Below, piece by piece: positions 10,626 through 20,422 of a stretch of DNA of 64,000 nt (its first letter is position 1; each line of letters starts with the position of its first letter). The notes beneath the pieces were generated by a model that saw only the letters and a list, made by a program, of their open reading frames with translations, was not told where the DNA came from and searched no databases. The stretch is from an uncultured Dehalococcoidia bacterium. Its GTDB lineage: Bacteria > Chloroflexota > Dehalococcoidia > GIF9 > UBA5629. Location: assembly GCA_903929005.1 (NCBI GenBank), contig CAIYTC010000202.1:3080-67079 (forward strand), read 5' to 3'. The position numbers and the translations under genes were made by a program.

Positions 10626-11264
10626 TTAAATAAATTTCTCGCAGAGATAGACTGCCGCCATCGCATCTTCTCCATGGCCATCGCAGCCCAGCTCTTTGGC
10701 CAGGCCTGGCGTGGTGCAGGCGCCGCCAATGATGATCCTTACTTGCTGCCGTAGCCCGACCCGGGTTAGCTCCTCTACCGCAGACCGTAAAGAGCCAACC
10801 ATGGGCGTGAGCAGCAACGAGAGCCCCACGATTTTAGCCTGGTGTTTGCGCACTGCTTCAACGATCCGCTGAGAAGATACATCCGACCCCAGGTCGATCA
10901 CCTCAAAACCAGCGGAACTCAGCATCATGCCCACCAGGTTCTTGCCCAGGTCATGGATATCCCCTTTGACAGTTGCCAGCACGACGGCGCCTTTGCCCTG
11001 AATATCAGTCTTGGTCAGCAAAGTCTCCAGCGGAACCAGCCCGGCTTTCAGCACCTCGCCCGCCAGCACTAACTCGGTCAGGAAATATTCGCCTGACTGG
11101 AAGCGCTCGCCCACGATCCTCATGCCGGCGCTCAGTCCCTCGTTCAGCACAGCGCTCGGGTCGGCGCCTGCCTTTAGAGCAGCGCGTACCTGCTCTGCCA
11201 CTCCATCGATATCCACATTGACAACAGCTTCCAGCACCCCTTGTATGGCTTCACGTTCGTTCAT
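10626..11264 (-). CDS. Cobalamin-binding corrinoid protein (methyltransferase cognate, MtbC/MtmC/MttC-like)
   Basis: B12-binding motif 'GDIHDLGKNLV…GFEVIDLG' (DxHxxG…SxL…GG). Confidence 0.75.
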   Translation of the reverse strand: MNEREAIQGVLEAVVNVDIDGVAEQVRAALKAGADPSAVLNEGLSAGMRIVGERFQSGEYFLTELVLAGEVLKAGLVPLETLLTKTDIQGKGAVVLATVKGDIHDLGKNLVGMMLSSAGFEVIDLGSDVSSQRIVEAVRKHQAKIVGLSLLLTPMVGSLRSAVEELTRVGLRQQVRIIIGGACTTPGLAKELGCDGHGEDAMAAVYLCEKFI

Positions 11265-11286
11265 TGCTCACCTCGCTGATTTCAGA

Positions 11287-12450
11287 CTACTTGATAGGAT
11301 AAGTCCCGTAGCGGTGGGTATATTCAATCATCCAACGGGTGTTTTCGACTTTCACCGCATTGTGCGAGTTGGTCATGGCCATGATGAACCCGCCGTCCAG
11401 GGCGGCAGCCTGCAGCATCGATTTGACCGCTGCCTCCACTTCCTCACGTGTGCCCTCACTAAGAACATGGGAAATGTCCATGTTGCCAAAAATGCACATC
11501 TTCTTTCCTACCTGCTTTTTCACCACCGCCAGGTCTATGCCGGCAGTCGGTTCCAGCGAGTGAACGCCGTCGAAGCCCCAATCCGCGAAAAGATCCAGCA
11601 ACAGGTTCACGTTGCCGCAGGAATGTATGATGATCTTGATGCCGCGTTTGTGAGCCTCCCCGGTGATCCTGCGCAGGCTGGGGCCGAAAAATTCATCCAG
11701 CACGCGTGGCGAGGTCTGCGGGCCGGTTTTATGGCCCATGTCGTCGGAATAGACGAAGGCCGGCATGCCGGCATCGGCCGTAGCGTGGATGGTCGCCAGG
11801 TAAATGGTCTCGTAGTACTTCACCATGCGCCGCACAAAGTCGGGGTTGCGCCGCAGGGTCACGGAGAAGGCCGTCAAACCCATCGGCTGGGTGGCCGACT
11901 CCCACAACCCGGAGAACAGGCTGCCCATCAGGTAAATCCGCTGGCCATAGCGTTTCTGCAGGTCGGCAAATACACGGTATATGGTCTTATAAAACTTGTC
12001 GGGGTCGGGGTGAGGCCAGGCTTCCCATAGCTCCGGCGTGGTCAGCAGTCCCTGCCGGTACATGGGCGTGTCCACGTTGCCATCAGGATCGGCTACCAGG
12101 TCGTAGAGCTTACCCCAGATGTCGGTTGCCTGCCGGTTGCCCTTCAAATTGAAAATCGCCGAATACATCAGCCAGGAGCAATCGTAGCCCAGGGCGATGT
12201 CGGACTCGAGCTTTTTGGACATAAATTTCTCGGTCTCCCTGGTTAACCAGCCAATACGGTTCGTCAACGGGGCAGTCAGCTTGAATAGCTTTCCCGTCCA
12301 GCCTCCCTGGATCAGGCTCAGCGGAATGGCCCCGTCTTTCTCGCCCAGGATCTCGTAAATCTGGTTCTGCTCCTCGGTGCAGGAGAAGACAGGCACCCGG
12401 TCCGGCACTCCCAAATTTAATGCGATTGTGGTCCGTTCGTGGCTGTTCAT
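11287..12450 (-). CDS. URO-D / MtaA-family methylcobamide methyltransferase (MT2-type)
   Basis: 387 aa, uroporphyrinogen-decarboxylase-fold family hallmarks; immediately upstream of the corrinoid protein on the same strand. Confidence 0.65.
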   Translation of the reverse strand: MNSHERTTIALNLGVPDRVPVFSCTEEQNQIYEILGEKDGAIPLSLIQGGWTGKLFKLTAPLTNRIGWLTRETEKFMSKKLESDIALGYDCSWLMYSAIFNLKGNRQATDIWGKLYDLVADPDGNVDTPMYRQGLLTTPELWEAWPHPDPDKFYKTIYRVFADLQKRYGQRIYLMGSLFSGLWESATQPMGLTAFSVTLRRNPDFVRRMVKYYETIYLATIHATADAGMPAFVYSDDMGHKTGPQTSPRVLDEFFGPSLRRITGEAHKRGIKIIIHSCGNVNLLLDLFADWGFDGVHSLEPTAGIDLAVVKKQVGKKMCIFGNMDISHVLSEGTREEVEAAVKSMLQAAALDGGFIMAMTNSHNAVKVENTRWMIEYTHRYGTYPIK

Positions 12451-12536
12451 AGGCTACTCCTTTAATGGTTCTACCAACGAGTATATTGCTCTCCCTTACA
12501 CTTGTCAACGATTTGTCAGTGCCATAGCGCTCGCCG

Positions 12537-13904
12537 CTATAATTTTTTAGAGGCGTCTTTCCTGTCCGCCAATTCCTGCACCAGCGCGGCGTGAGACTTG
12601 CGCGTGATGGGATACCAGATCAAGAAAGGCAGGCTGCTCAGGAGGACCACCGCCGGTACTACCGCGAAAAAGAAGCGGATGCCGAACAATGCATGGGCCG
12701 TTTGCACTGCATTCGGCACGTAACCGAACCACTGCAGGGCCCAACCGCAGACTGCCACGCCAAGAGCGCCGGTGAACTTGGACAGAAAGGCCCACAGGCC
12801 ATAATAAATTCCTTCACGCCGCTCGCCGGTCATTTTCTCGTCGTACTCGACCACGTCGGGCAGCATGCTCCACGGGAAAACCCACTGCGCCGAGAAGCCT
12901 ATGCCAACTACCACTGCCACCAAATAGATCAATGGCGAAGGACCGTACGGAAAGAAAAAACCGGGTATGATAGCCGCTGAGGCAATGAACAACCCCAGCG
13001 CATAGGCCGGGCCTTTGTTGATCTTGTCGGAAACCAGCTTGGCCGGGATGAGGAAGATGCCGATCGTCACCAGCATGACCAGGAGTACATAGGAGACCTG
13101 GTCTTGCATATTCAGTTGATATTGTATGAAGTAGGGCACCAGGGCAGTCAGCACGGTGAAGCTGAAGCTGCTCAGTATGAAGGCGATCATCAGGATAATA
13201 AACGGCCGGTTCCTGAAAGCGGTCAAGACCGCCTTGACTGGCGGCAGCCGGGAGGGTTCCCCGGCCAGTTCAGGCCGTTCTTTGATCGACAGGGTGGTAA
13301 CCAGGATGGTGATTATAGCTATGGCACCAAAGACCGCGCCGGTGGCGCTCCAGGCCTGTTGCAGGTTCAAACCGGTGCCCTTGAAGATTCCGGCCAGTAT
13401 GGTGGTTAACGCTGCACCGAGGATATAACCGACGACGCTATACACCATACGGATCGAGGTCAGGCTGGCGCGCTCGCTGTAGTCGCGAGTCAGCTCGGGG
13501 GTTAAGGCATAGTAGGGCGTGCAGGTCATGGTATGGAAGGTATCCACCAGCCAGAAGCTGAGCAGCACGGCGAAAAAGGCCGGTACGCCGGTCAGTCCGG
13601 CGGGCAACGAGAACATGATCCAGGCGGCAATGCCCAGAGGCACTGCGCCGATGATCATATAGATTCTCCGCCGGCCGAAGCGCGTACGTGTGCGATCCGA
13701 CCAATAACCGAAGAGTGGGTCGTTAAAAGCATCCCAGGTGATTTTGCCCACCATCAGGGCCACACCGGCCAGAGCCGGGTTGATGCCCGCCACGTCGGTA
13801 TAGTAGTAGAGCAGGAAGAACTGCATGGCGGATGTGATCAGGGAAAAGCCCAGGTCGGCCAGGCCGTAACGGAATTTGAAGCCGAGTGATAGTTTTTGGT
13901 CCAT
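12537..13904 (-). CDS. GPH-family (MelB-like) cation symporter, MFS superfamily
   Basis: N-terminal 'GLADLGFSL…YYYTDVAG…DAFNDPLFGYWSDRTRTRFGRRR' GPH signature. Confidence 0.7.
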   Translation of the reverse strand: MDQKLSLGFKFRYGLADLGFSLITSAMQFFLLYYYTDVAGINPALAGVALMVGKITWDAFNDPLFGYWSDRTRTRFGRRRIYMIIGAVPLGIAAWIMFSLPAGLTGVPAFFAVLLSFWLVDTFHTMTCTPYYALTPELTRDYSERASLTSIRMVYSVVGYILGAALTTILAGIFKGTGLNLQQAWSATGAVFGAIAIITILVTTLSIKERPELAGEPSRLPPVKAVLTAFRNRPFIILMIAFILSSFSFTVLTALVPYFIQYQLNMQDQVSYVLLVMLVTIGIFLIPAKLVSDKINKGPAYALGLFIASAAIIPGFFFPYGPSPLIYLVAVVVGIGFSAQWVFPWSMLPDVVEYDEKMTGERREGIYYGLWAFLSKFTGALGVAVCGWALQWFGYVPNAVQTAHALFGIRFFFAVVPAVVLLSSLPFLIWYPITRKSHAALVQELADRKDASKKL

Positions 13905-14106
13905 AGCTACACCTCGCTGAGAAATAAATAATCCCTAATGAAAAGGTGGGCGAAAAGGGCCGCCTGTCTCTCTATCAAAGTGCTAAGGCATTGACAGGAA
14001 AAGTCTATGTTAACAGGTTAAGAATGTCAATCAAATGTGCCTGATATGACGTATAATATATGATGTCATATCCCAAGGCCTAACGGATTAGCAGTGGATT
14101 ACCCTG

Positions 14107-15474
14107 ATGGATAACGCGCAGCCGGCTCCTGAGCCGGGGAGATTATGGAATAAAAACTTTCTGCTTTTATGGCAGGGGCAGCTTGTCAGCCAGATAGGCC
14201 AGCGCTATTTCAACGTGGGCATGCTGTTTTACATCAAGCAGGCCACGGAATCGGCCACACTAATGGGCGCCATGATGCTCTTCTCCACGCTGCCGGGTGT
14301 GCTGATGGGACCGTTGGGCGGCACCTTCGCCGACCACTTCCCGCGCAAGAAAATCATCGTTTACAGCGACCTGATACAGGGCATTCTGGTCTTTTCGCTG
14401 GCGGCGCTGATGTTCTTTTTCATCTACGCCAAAGGCGTAATGTCCACAACTTTTCCGCCCGGCCCGTTCGCGCTTTTCACCTTTAACTACCTGGCGCCGC
14501 AGGCCAACGCCGCCACTATCACCTGGATGTTCATCGTGGCCACGCTGGGCGCCATCATCTTTGCTTTTTTCACCCCGGCCATGGGGGCGGCCATTCCCGA
14601 CCTGGTGCCCAAGGGCAAGCTGGATATGGCCAACTCGCTGAACCAGTTTGCTATCTTCCTGGCCATATTCTTAGGGCAGGGGCTGGGCGGCCTCATCTTC
14701 AGCATCACCGGCGCCCCGCTGCTCTTCCTCATTAACAGTGCTACCTATCTGTACGCAGCGGGCACCGAATCTTTTATCAGCATACCGCCACCCAGGCCCA
14801 GGGAGGAAAAGAAGGCCGGCGAGGCCTGGAAATCCTTTGTCCGTGATACCAGGGAAGGGCTCGACTATGTATGGAATGAGAAGGGCATGCGCATCCTCTT
14901 CCTGGCGGCCGCGCTGCTGCACCTGCTTATCGCGCCCATGCTGTTGCTGCTGCCCTTCTACGTGGAGGACTACCTCAAGCAGAACGCTTCGTGGTACGGC
15001 TACCTGCTGGCGGCCGTGGGATTGGGGTCGGTGATCGGCTACCTGATCGCCGGCGCGGTCAACGTGCGAGGCAAAGATCAGAGCCGCATGATCATATTAT
15101 CGCTGCTGGCTGCCTCGCTCGCGCTGGGCATCGTGGGTTTTATCACCCAGCCTTTTATCGTGCTGGGCGTGGTTACCCTGTACGGGCTGACCGCGGGCAT
15201 ATTTATCGTCAAGACCACCACAGTGATACAGCTGGCGGCCAATTCTGAGATACGCGGCAGGGTATTCGGCCTGCTGACCACGTTGACCAGCGGCCTGGCG
15301 CCTATCGGCATGGGCATTGCCGGCGTAATTGCCGATATGGCCAATAAGAATATACCCGTGATCTACGCCACCTGCGGGCTGCTGGTGCTGGTCATGTCCA
15401 TCGGCCTGGCGCTGTCGCGCGAGGCGCGCGAATTCCTCTCGTTGGACGTCACCCACCGGGCCGGCCCTGAATAA
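14107..15474 (+). CDS. MFS transporter
   Basis: Polytopic; divergent from the GPH/methyltransferase operon. Confidence 0.65.
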   Translation: MDNAQPAPEPGRLWNKNFLLLWQGQLVSQIGQRYFNVGMLFYIKQATESATLMGAMMLFSTLPGVLMGPLGGTFADHFPRKKIIVYSDLIQGILVFSLAALMFFFIYAKGVMSTTFPPGPFALFTFNYLAPQANAATITWMFIVATLGAIIFAFFTPAMGAAIPDLVPKGKLDMANSLNQFAIFLAIFLGQGLGGLIFSITGAPLLFLINSATYLYAAGTESFISIPPPRPREEKKAGEAWKSFVRDTREGLDYVWNEKGMRILFLAAALLHLLIAPMLLLLPFYVEDYLKQNASWYGYLLAAVGLGSVIGYLIAGAVNVRGKDQSRMIILSLLAASLALGIVGFITQPFIVLGVVTLYGLTAGIFIVKTTTVIQLAANSEIRGRVFGLLTTLTSGLAPIGMGIAGVIADMANKNIPVIYATCGLLVLVMSIGLALSREAREFLSLDVTHRAGPE

Positions 15475-15529
15475 GCAGCGTGATTTTATGATATACTGCG
15501 TGAAAGTGTATTGGGCTTAGCTATAAACG

Positions 15530-16192
15530 ATGGATATCTCCAGCCTTAGCTGCATACCCATGGCCCTCTTACTGGGCGCCATACCGTCTGCGTACATCGT
15601 GGCAAAACTCAACGGCAAAGTGGATATACGCGATGAGCCGGATGGGAAGATCAGCGCAGCCGCTGTTTACCGGCGCGTAGGGCTGCTGTCCTTCAGTATG
15701 GTGGTGGCCATGGATATCGGCAAGGCCGCCTTGGCCGTTTTAATCGCCCAGTGGCTGAAAGCATCGCCGCAGTGGGTGATGCTGGCCGGCGCGGTTGCCG
15801 TGGCCGGGCACCAGTGGTCCATGTTCCTGCGTTTCCAGGGCGGGCGCGGCGCCACCGTGATAGCAGGCGTGCTGGTAGCAGTGTGCACTATTCCTACTCT
15901 GATAGGCGCCGCTATCGCAGGCGTGCTGGCCTGGAAAACTAAGAATTCAACTTACAGCTTTGCCGTGGGTATGATAATGATAAGCGCTGTGCTCTTCACC
16001 ATGCAATGGTCGGGTGTTACGGCGCCGCCGGTGCTGATCGCCACGCCCTTGCCGCCGCCGCCGCTGACTGCCTACCACCTGTTAATAGCCTACCCGGTGA
16101 TACTGGGTTTGATGATGGCCCTCAAGGCGCTGCAGGTCAAATACAGGCCGGGTGCCACCATATTGACCAAACAGCGCAAGGTGAGTAATTGA
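15530..16192 (+). CDS. PlsY-like glycerol-3-phosphate acyltransferase family membrane protein
   Basis: 'LLGAIPSAYIVAKL…VDIRDEP.GKISAAAVYRRVG' resembles the PlsY N-terminus (G-IDIR-GSGN-GATN); alternative start at M11. Confidence 0.45.
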   Translation: MDISSLSCIPMALLLGAIPSAYIVAKLNGKVDIRDEPDGKISAAAVYRRVGLLSFSMVVAMDIGKAALAVLIAQWLKASPQWVMLAGAVAVAGHQWSMFLRFQGGRGATVIAGVLVAVCTIPTLIGAAIAGVLAWKTKNSTYSFAVGMIMISAVLFTMQWSGVTAPPVLIATPLPPPPLTAYHLLIAYPVILGLMMALKALQVKYRPGATILTKQRKVSN

Positions 16193-16656
16193 ACTTTCTG
16201 ACCGTCAAAGCCATCGAAGGACTGGATGCCTACAAGGCCATCTGGGTGCCGCTGGTGGCCTGGTTCATAGCGCAGTTCCTCAAGGTACTGATTCATTTTG
16301 CCCGCAAGAAGAGGTTCGACCTTTCCTTGATGTGGAGCCCGGGCGGCATGCCCAGTTCGCATTCGGCGCTGATGACGGCGTTAGCTACTACTATCGGACT
16401 GCTGTACGGCTTCGATTCGCCCCTCTTCGCCATCTCGCTGGCCGTGGCCTTCATCGTTATGTATGACGCCGCGGGCGTGCGCCGCACCGTGGGATACCAG
16501 TCCACCATGCTCAACAAGATGCTGGACGAGCTTTTCAAGGAGGATAAGGAATTTAGCCAGCGCCTGGCGGAGATCATCGGACATAGCAAGTGGGAGGTCT
16601 TTGCCGGAGCGCTGCTGGGGATAGCTCTGGGCATGCTCTTCACCTGGCCCTGGTAA
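16189..16656 (+). CDS. Divergent PAP2 / DUF212 (YuiD-like) membrane protein
   Basis: 'MWSPGGMPSSHSALMTAL…MYDAAGVRR' is the DUF212 hallmark; 4-nt overlap with the upstream gene. Confidence 0.6.
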   Translation: MNFLTVKAIEGLDAYKAIWVPLVAWFIAQFLKVLIHFARKKRFDLSLMWSPGGMPSSHSALMTALATTIGLLYGFDSPLFAISLAVAFIVMYDAAGVRRTVGYQSTMLNKMLDELFKEDKEFSQRLAEIIGHSKWEVFAGALLGIALGMLFTWPW

Positions 16657-16682
16657 ACAATTTCATCAGTGAAGGAGGTATT

Positions 16683-18293
16683 ATGCTGAGGAAGCTGGTT
16701 GTCATTATTGCCCTGGTACTATTTGCTTTGCCCGTTCTTAATGCAGGAGCCCGGGGGGAGGAACGGGTGACCACTGACTTCGATATTGCCATAAATAGCG
16801 GCACTGTGATCGACCCCCTGACCGGGTTTGATGGGATGGCCAATGTGGGCATCAGGGATGGTAAGATCGCCGCCGTCGTCCCTCCTGCACAAAAGCTGGT
16901 TGGTGTAAGGGAGATCGACGCCTCAGGCCTGGTAGTGGCGCCGGGATTCATCAATATTCACAGTCACATAACCGACATCGGTAAAGGCGGTTCGCCTCTT
17001 TATATCCAGGACGGCATTACGACGGAGATTAGCGGTAACTGCGGCATCTTAGGACCGGTAAGCTTCTCCAGTTTCGCTGAGCAGTCGGAAAAGGAAGGAC
17101 TATACGCCAACGTCGCAGCCTATATGGGGCACAATTCAATGCGGGAGGCCGTGGGTGTACCCAATTACAGGACGCCGGCCACACCCGGCCAGTTGGCTAA
17201 AATGGCCGGCATGCTAAGGCAGGGCATGCAGGATGGCGCTCTGGGCGTATCCTTTGGGCCCTTCTACGGACCCGGCGCCAGCTACGATGAAATGCTGGCC
17301 CTGGCCAAAGTAGCGGCCGAGTACGGCGGCTGCGCCGCCAGCCACGTGAGGGACGCCTATACTCCGGGCGGCGCCGTGAAGAGTGTCAACGAAGCCATAA
17401 ACACGGCCAGGGAGGCGAAAATACCCTTTCTAATCTCGCACACAGGAGGCGGGCCGACCGTGGTGCCCCGCAGCTCAGGGCCGGTACTGGAGGAAATTTA
17501 TGAGGCGCGCCAGCAGGGGTTGAAGCTGGGCATTGACTGGTTTGGCTATGACGCCTTCCTGACCGAAATGGGCGCCGCCATCTTCGATTATCCCCCCGAG
17601 ATGCTGATGCAGCTCATGGAGTCCAATATATCCGACCTGGAGGTCCCGTCTACGGTAGTCATCGACGGCAAAACCTTCATGCAGGCCGGTGAGCGCTTCT
17701 CCAGCATCGACCAATTCCTGTATGTCAGGAAGAAGGTGAAAAGCAAGGAGATAGCGGACCCCATGCTGGTGGGGCACCTGTATAAGCTGGCCAAGCAAAA
17801 TTTCTGGATGAGCAATCCCTACCTGATGATAGAGAATGACTGCACGATGACAATCGATAAAACGACCGGTAAATACGCAGGGCATCCCAAGGACGCCGGT
17901 GCTTTTGCGCATTTCCTGGGCTATTGGGTGAGGGAGCAGGGGGTGTGTGATTTGCGCACGGCGCTGGCCAGGACATCGGGGATGGCCGCCTACTGGCTGG
18001 GGTTGGATAAAAAGGGCAGGGTGCAGGTAGGTTGCGATGCCGACCTGGTACTCTTTGACGCCGGCCGCATCATAGATAAGTCGACCTATATCGACCCCGG
18101 GCAGCCCTCTGCCGGCATCCCCTACGTAATCGTTAACGGCGTGCTTGCTGTCGATAGCGGGAAGCTCAGCGGGGCCAAGGCGGGCAAGGTCGTCAAGCGT
18201 ACCTGGACAGTGCCCGGAGATTATCCCGGGCTGGGGAATTTGCCGGCCAGCTCACTTGATGCGCTTAACCCGTTGAAGGAGGCCGCCCGATGA
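16683..18293 (+). CDS. Secreted D-aminoacylase-family amidohydrolase (N-acyl-D-amino-acid deacylase-like)
   Basis: Signal peptide 'MLRKLVVIIALVLFALPVLNAG'; 'GFINIHSHITD' metal-binding HxH; RBS GAAGGAGG 5 nt before ATG 16683 (the longer ORF from 16590 was rejected). Confidence 0.7.
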   Translation: MLRKLVVIIALVLFALPVLNAGARGEERVTTDFDIAINSGTVIDPLTGFDGMANVGIRDGKIAAVVPPAQKLVGVREIDASGLVVAPGFINIHSHITDIGKGGSPLYIQDGITTEISGNCGILGPVSFSSFAEQSEKEGLYANVAAYMGHNSMREAVGVPNYRTPATPGQLAKMAGMLRQGMQDGALGVSFGPFYGPGASYDEMLALAKVAAEYGGCAASHVRDAYTPGGAVKSVNEAINTAREAKIPFLISHTGGGPTVVPRSSGPVLEEIYEARQQGLKLGIDWFGYDAFLTEMGAAIFDYPPEMLMQLMESNISDLEVPSTVVIDGKTFMQAGERFSSIDQFLYVRKKVKSKEIADPMLVGHLYKLAKQNFWMSNPYLMIENDCTMTIDKTTGKYAGHPKDAGAFAHFLGYWVREQGVCDLRTALARTSGMAAYWLGLDKKGRVQVGCDADLVLFDAGRIIDKSTYIDPGQPSAGIPYVIVNGVLAVDSGKLSGAKAGKVVKRTWTVPGDYPGLGNLPASSLDALNPLKEAAR

Positions 18294-18619
18294 ATAAGAC
18301 GTGGAAACCTGTAGCTGCCGGGATACTGGAAATAATTGCCGGAGGGGCCGCTCTGATCCTTGCCTGCGGTTTGCTTATGGGCGGAGCAATAGTCGGCTTT
18401 GTTACACAAATGCCGTTGTGGCTGAGCACACTGATCCCCATGGTTGCAATTCCACTGACCGTTTTAGGAATTCTCGACCTGGCCGGGGGAATTTGTGCGC
18501 TAATGCGTAAAGCCCGGGGCATGGCCCTGGCCGGCTCCATTGCGGCGCTGATCAGTTCACCCTTACTGGGCATCATTGCACTGGTGCTGACCGTCATATC
18601 TATAAAAGAATTTAAATAA
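18290..18619 (+). CDS. Small 3-TM membrane protein, translationally coupled (ATGA) to the aminoacylase
   Basis: Hydrophobic 109-aa ORF overlapping the upstream stop by 4 nt. Confidence 0.4.
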   Translation: MNKTWKPVAAGILEIIAGGAALILACGLLMGGAIVGFVTQMPLWLSTLIPMVAIPLTVLGILDLAGGICALMRKARGMALAGSIAALISSPLLGIIALVLTVISIKEFK

Positions 18620-18803
18620 ATTTACAACTCCTATTGTAGCCAAGTAGCTGCTTCGCGTTCGCATATTCTATATTTACACCATCGCCGGTACGGTGCGAAA
18701 TATTCTTTCCAAAAATAAGTTGAATTACCTGTGTTTAAGTCTGAATTCGACAGGTAGGAAGAATTCAGTATAAGATTTAAAATTACTTTATAGGAGATAC
18801 CAT

Positions 18804-19514
18804 ATGGACAAGGTTTACTCTTCGGTGGAAGCGGCGATCGAGGATGTATTCGACGGCGCGATTATAGCTTTCGGCGGCTTCTTTTCTGCCGGAAGGCCGG
18901 CTGCGCTGACCCTGGCGCTGTCCAAACGAGGTGTGAAAAACCTCACCGTAGTAGTGCAGCAGGTCGGTACGGGAAACGAGGAGATGCTGGAACTGGTCGT
19001 CAATGGCCAGATAAAAAGGGCTGTTTGTAACTATCCCTTCCCGCGCTCGGCCAGCAAGGGCGCCCGGCACCCCTTTGAACAGGCAGTGCGGAAGGGTGAA
19101 ATCGGTCTCGAAATCTACCCCATCGGCACATTCGTGGAGAAATTACGCTGCGCAGGCGCCGGGATACCGGCCTTTTACACCGCCGCGGGCGCCGGGACCG
19201 TCGTGGCAGAGGGCAAGGAGGTCAGGGTATTCAACGGCATAGAATACCTGCTGGAATTAGCGCTTCCCGTTGATTTTGCCTTTGTCCATGCCTGGAAAGG
19301 CGACCATGAAGGGAACCTTGTCTACCGCTTCACAGCGCAGAATTACAATAACGCCATGGCCATGGCCGCCAAAGTTACCATTGCCGAGGTAGAGACGCTG
19401 GTTGAAACAGGGGGACTCAACCCCAATTTCATACATACACCCGGCATATTCGTGAAGCGGGTGGTCGAAACAGGCAAGCCGGAGCTCTCAGGCTTCAGTT
19501 TAGGGGGAATATGA
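18804..19514 (+). CDS. 3-oxoacid/glutaconate-type CoA-transferase subunit A
   Basis: Family I CoA-transferase A-subunit similarity; 4-nt overlap with the B subunit. Confidence 0.8.
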   Translation: MDKVYSSVEAAIEDVFDGAIIAFGGFFSAGRPAALTLALSKRGVKNLTVVVQQVGTGNEEMLELVVNGQIKRAVCNYPFPRSASKGARHPFEQAVRKGEIGLEIYPIGTFVEKLRCAGAGIPAFYTAAGAGTVVAEGKEVRVFNGIEYLLELALPVDFAFVHAWKGDHEGNLVYRFTAQNYNNAMAMAAKVTIAEVETLVETGGLNPNFIHTPGIFVKRVVETGKPELSGFSLGGI

Positions 19515-20212
19515 TGAGCAAGATTATGAAAATAACACTGCCCGGGATGCCGCCGCTGGAGCGGGAGATGATCGCCCTGCGCATTGCCAATATGCTGGAG
19601 GACGGCGCCTACGTCAACCTGGGCATCGGCATCCCCACGCTGGTATCCAACTGGATAGAAGGGAGGGACATCATCATACAGTCTGAGATCGGTATGCTCA
19701 AGTGTGGGCCGCTGGCCGAGGAGGGGGAGATCGACCAGGACCGCATCAACGCCAGTTGCCAGTTTGTACGTGATATGCCCGGCACGAGCTACTTCAATGT
19801 GGAAACATCTTTTGCTATGATCAGGGGAGGATGCATGGACGTGGCCGTGCTGGGCGCTCTGCAGGTCTCTGCCAGGGGCGATCTGGCCGGCTGGAACACA
19901 CCTGCCCGCGGGCTGGGCAAGAGGGGCAATATCGGCGGCTCCATGGACTTGGCTGTAGGCGCTAAGAAAGTGATAGTTGCCATGGAGCATTTCACCACCA
20001 ATGGCGAGCCCAAGATATTGACGGAGTGCAGCTACCCGCTGACGGCCAAAGCCTGTGTGGATGTTATCGTCACCAACTATGCTCTCATTGAGGTCACCGC
20101 AAAGGGACTGGTGCTCAGAGAAGCCATTCCCGGCGTTTCTGCAGAAGAAGTGCAGAAGATGACCGCCGCGCCATTGATTGTGGCCGAAGATTTTCACGAG
20201 ATGGAGCTGTAG
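19511..20212 (+). CDS. 3-oxoacid/glutaconate-type CoA-transferase subunit B
   Basis: B-subunit pattern 'IANMLEDGAYVNLGIGIPT'; catalytic Glu region 'SEIGML'. Confidence 0.8.
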   Translation: MMSKIMKITLPGMPPLEREMIALRIANMLEDGAYVNLGIGIPTLVSNWIEGRDIIIQSEIGMLKCGPLAEEGEIDQDRINASCQFVRDMPGTSYFNVETSFAMIRGGCMDVAVLGALQVSARGDLAGWNTPARGLGKRGNIGGSMDLAVGAKKVIVAMEHFTTNGEPKILTECSYPLTAKACVDVIVTNYALIEVTAKGLVLREAIPGVSAEEVQKMTAAPLIVAEDFHEMEL

Positions 20213-20270
20213 TCCGGTTTTGCAAATACCTTGAATTGAGACTAAAATTATTCTCTGGAGGGATTTTACA

Positions 20271-20390
20271 ATGGCAAACCAGATAGGTAAAAAATATATT
20301 TGTGGCAAATGCGGTTCCGAGTTCATCGTTACCAAGGGCGGCAGCGGCCAGATCGTATGCTGTGGCCAGCCGATGGAACAGAAGAAGTAA
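20271..20390 (+). CDS. Desulforedoxin-like small metal-binding protein (39 aa; CxxC…CC)
   Basis: Not in the ORF track (<60 aa). 'MANQIGKKYICGKCGSEF…GQIVCCGQPMEQKK' has Cys11, Cys14, Cys30, Cys31 exactly as in desulforedoxin; RBS GGAGGG 8 nt upstream. Confidence 0.55.
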   Translation: MANQIGKKYICGKCGSEFIVTKGGSGQIVCCGQPMEQKK

Positions 20391-20422
20391 ATAACGAGTG
20401 AACCTTTTACAGGAGAGATAAG

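Noticed and set aside
11011-12030. 339-aa + strand ORF opposite the MtaA-family gene
   Set aside because: Ala/Arg/Pro-rich low-complexity antisense translation. The sense gene has clear family hallmarks.
16590-16682. N-terminal extension of the aminoacylase ORF (MGGLCRSAAG…)
   Set aside because: It overlaps the upstream gene end and has no RBS. The internal ATG at 16683 has GAAGGAGG and starts a textbook signal peptide.
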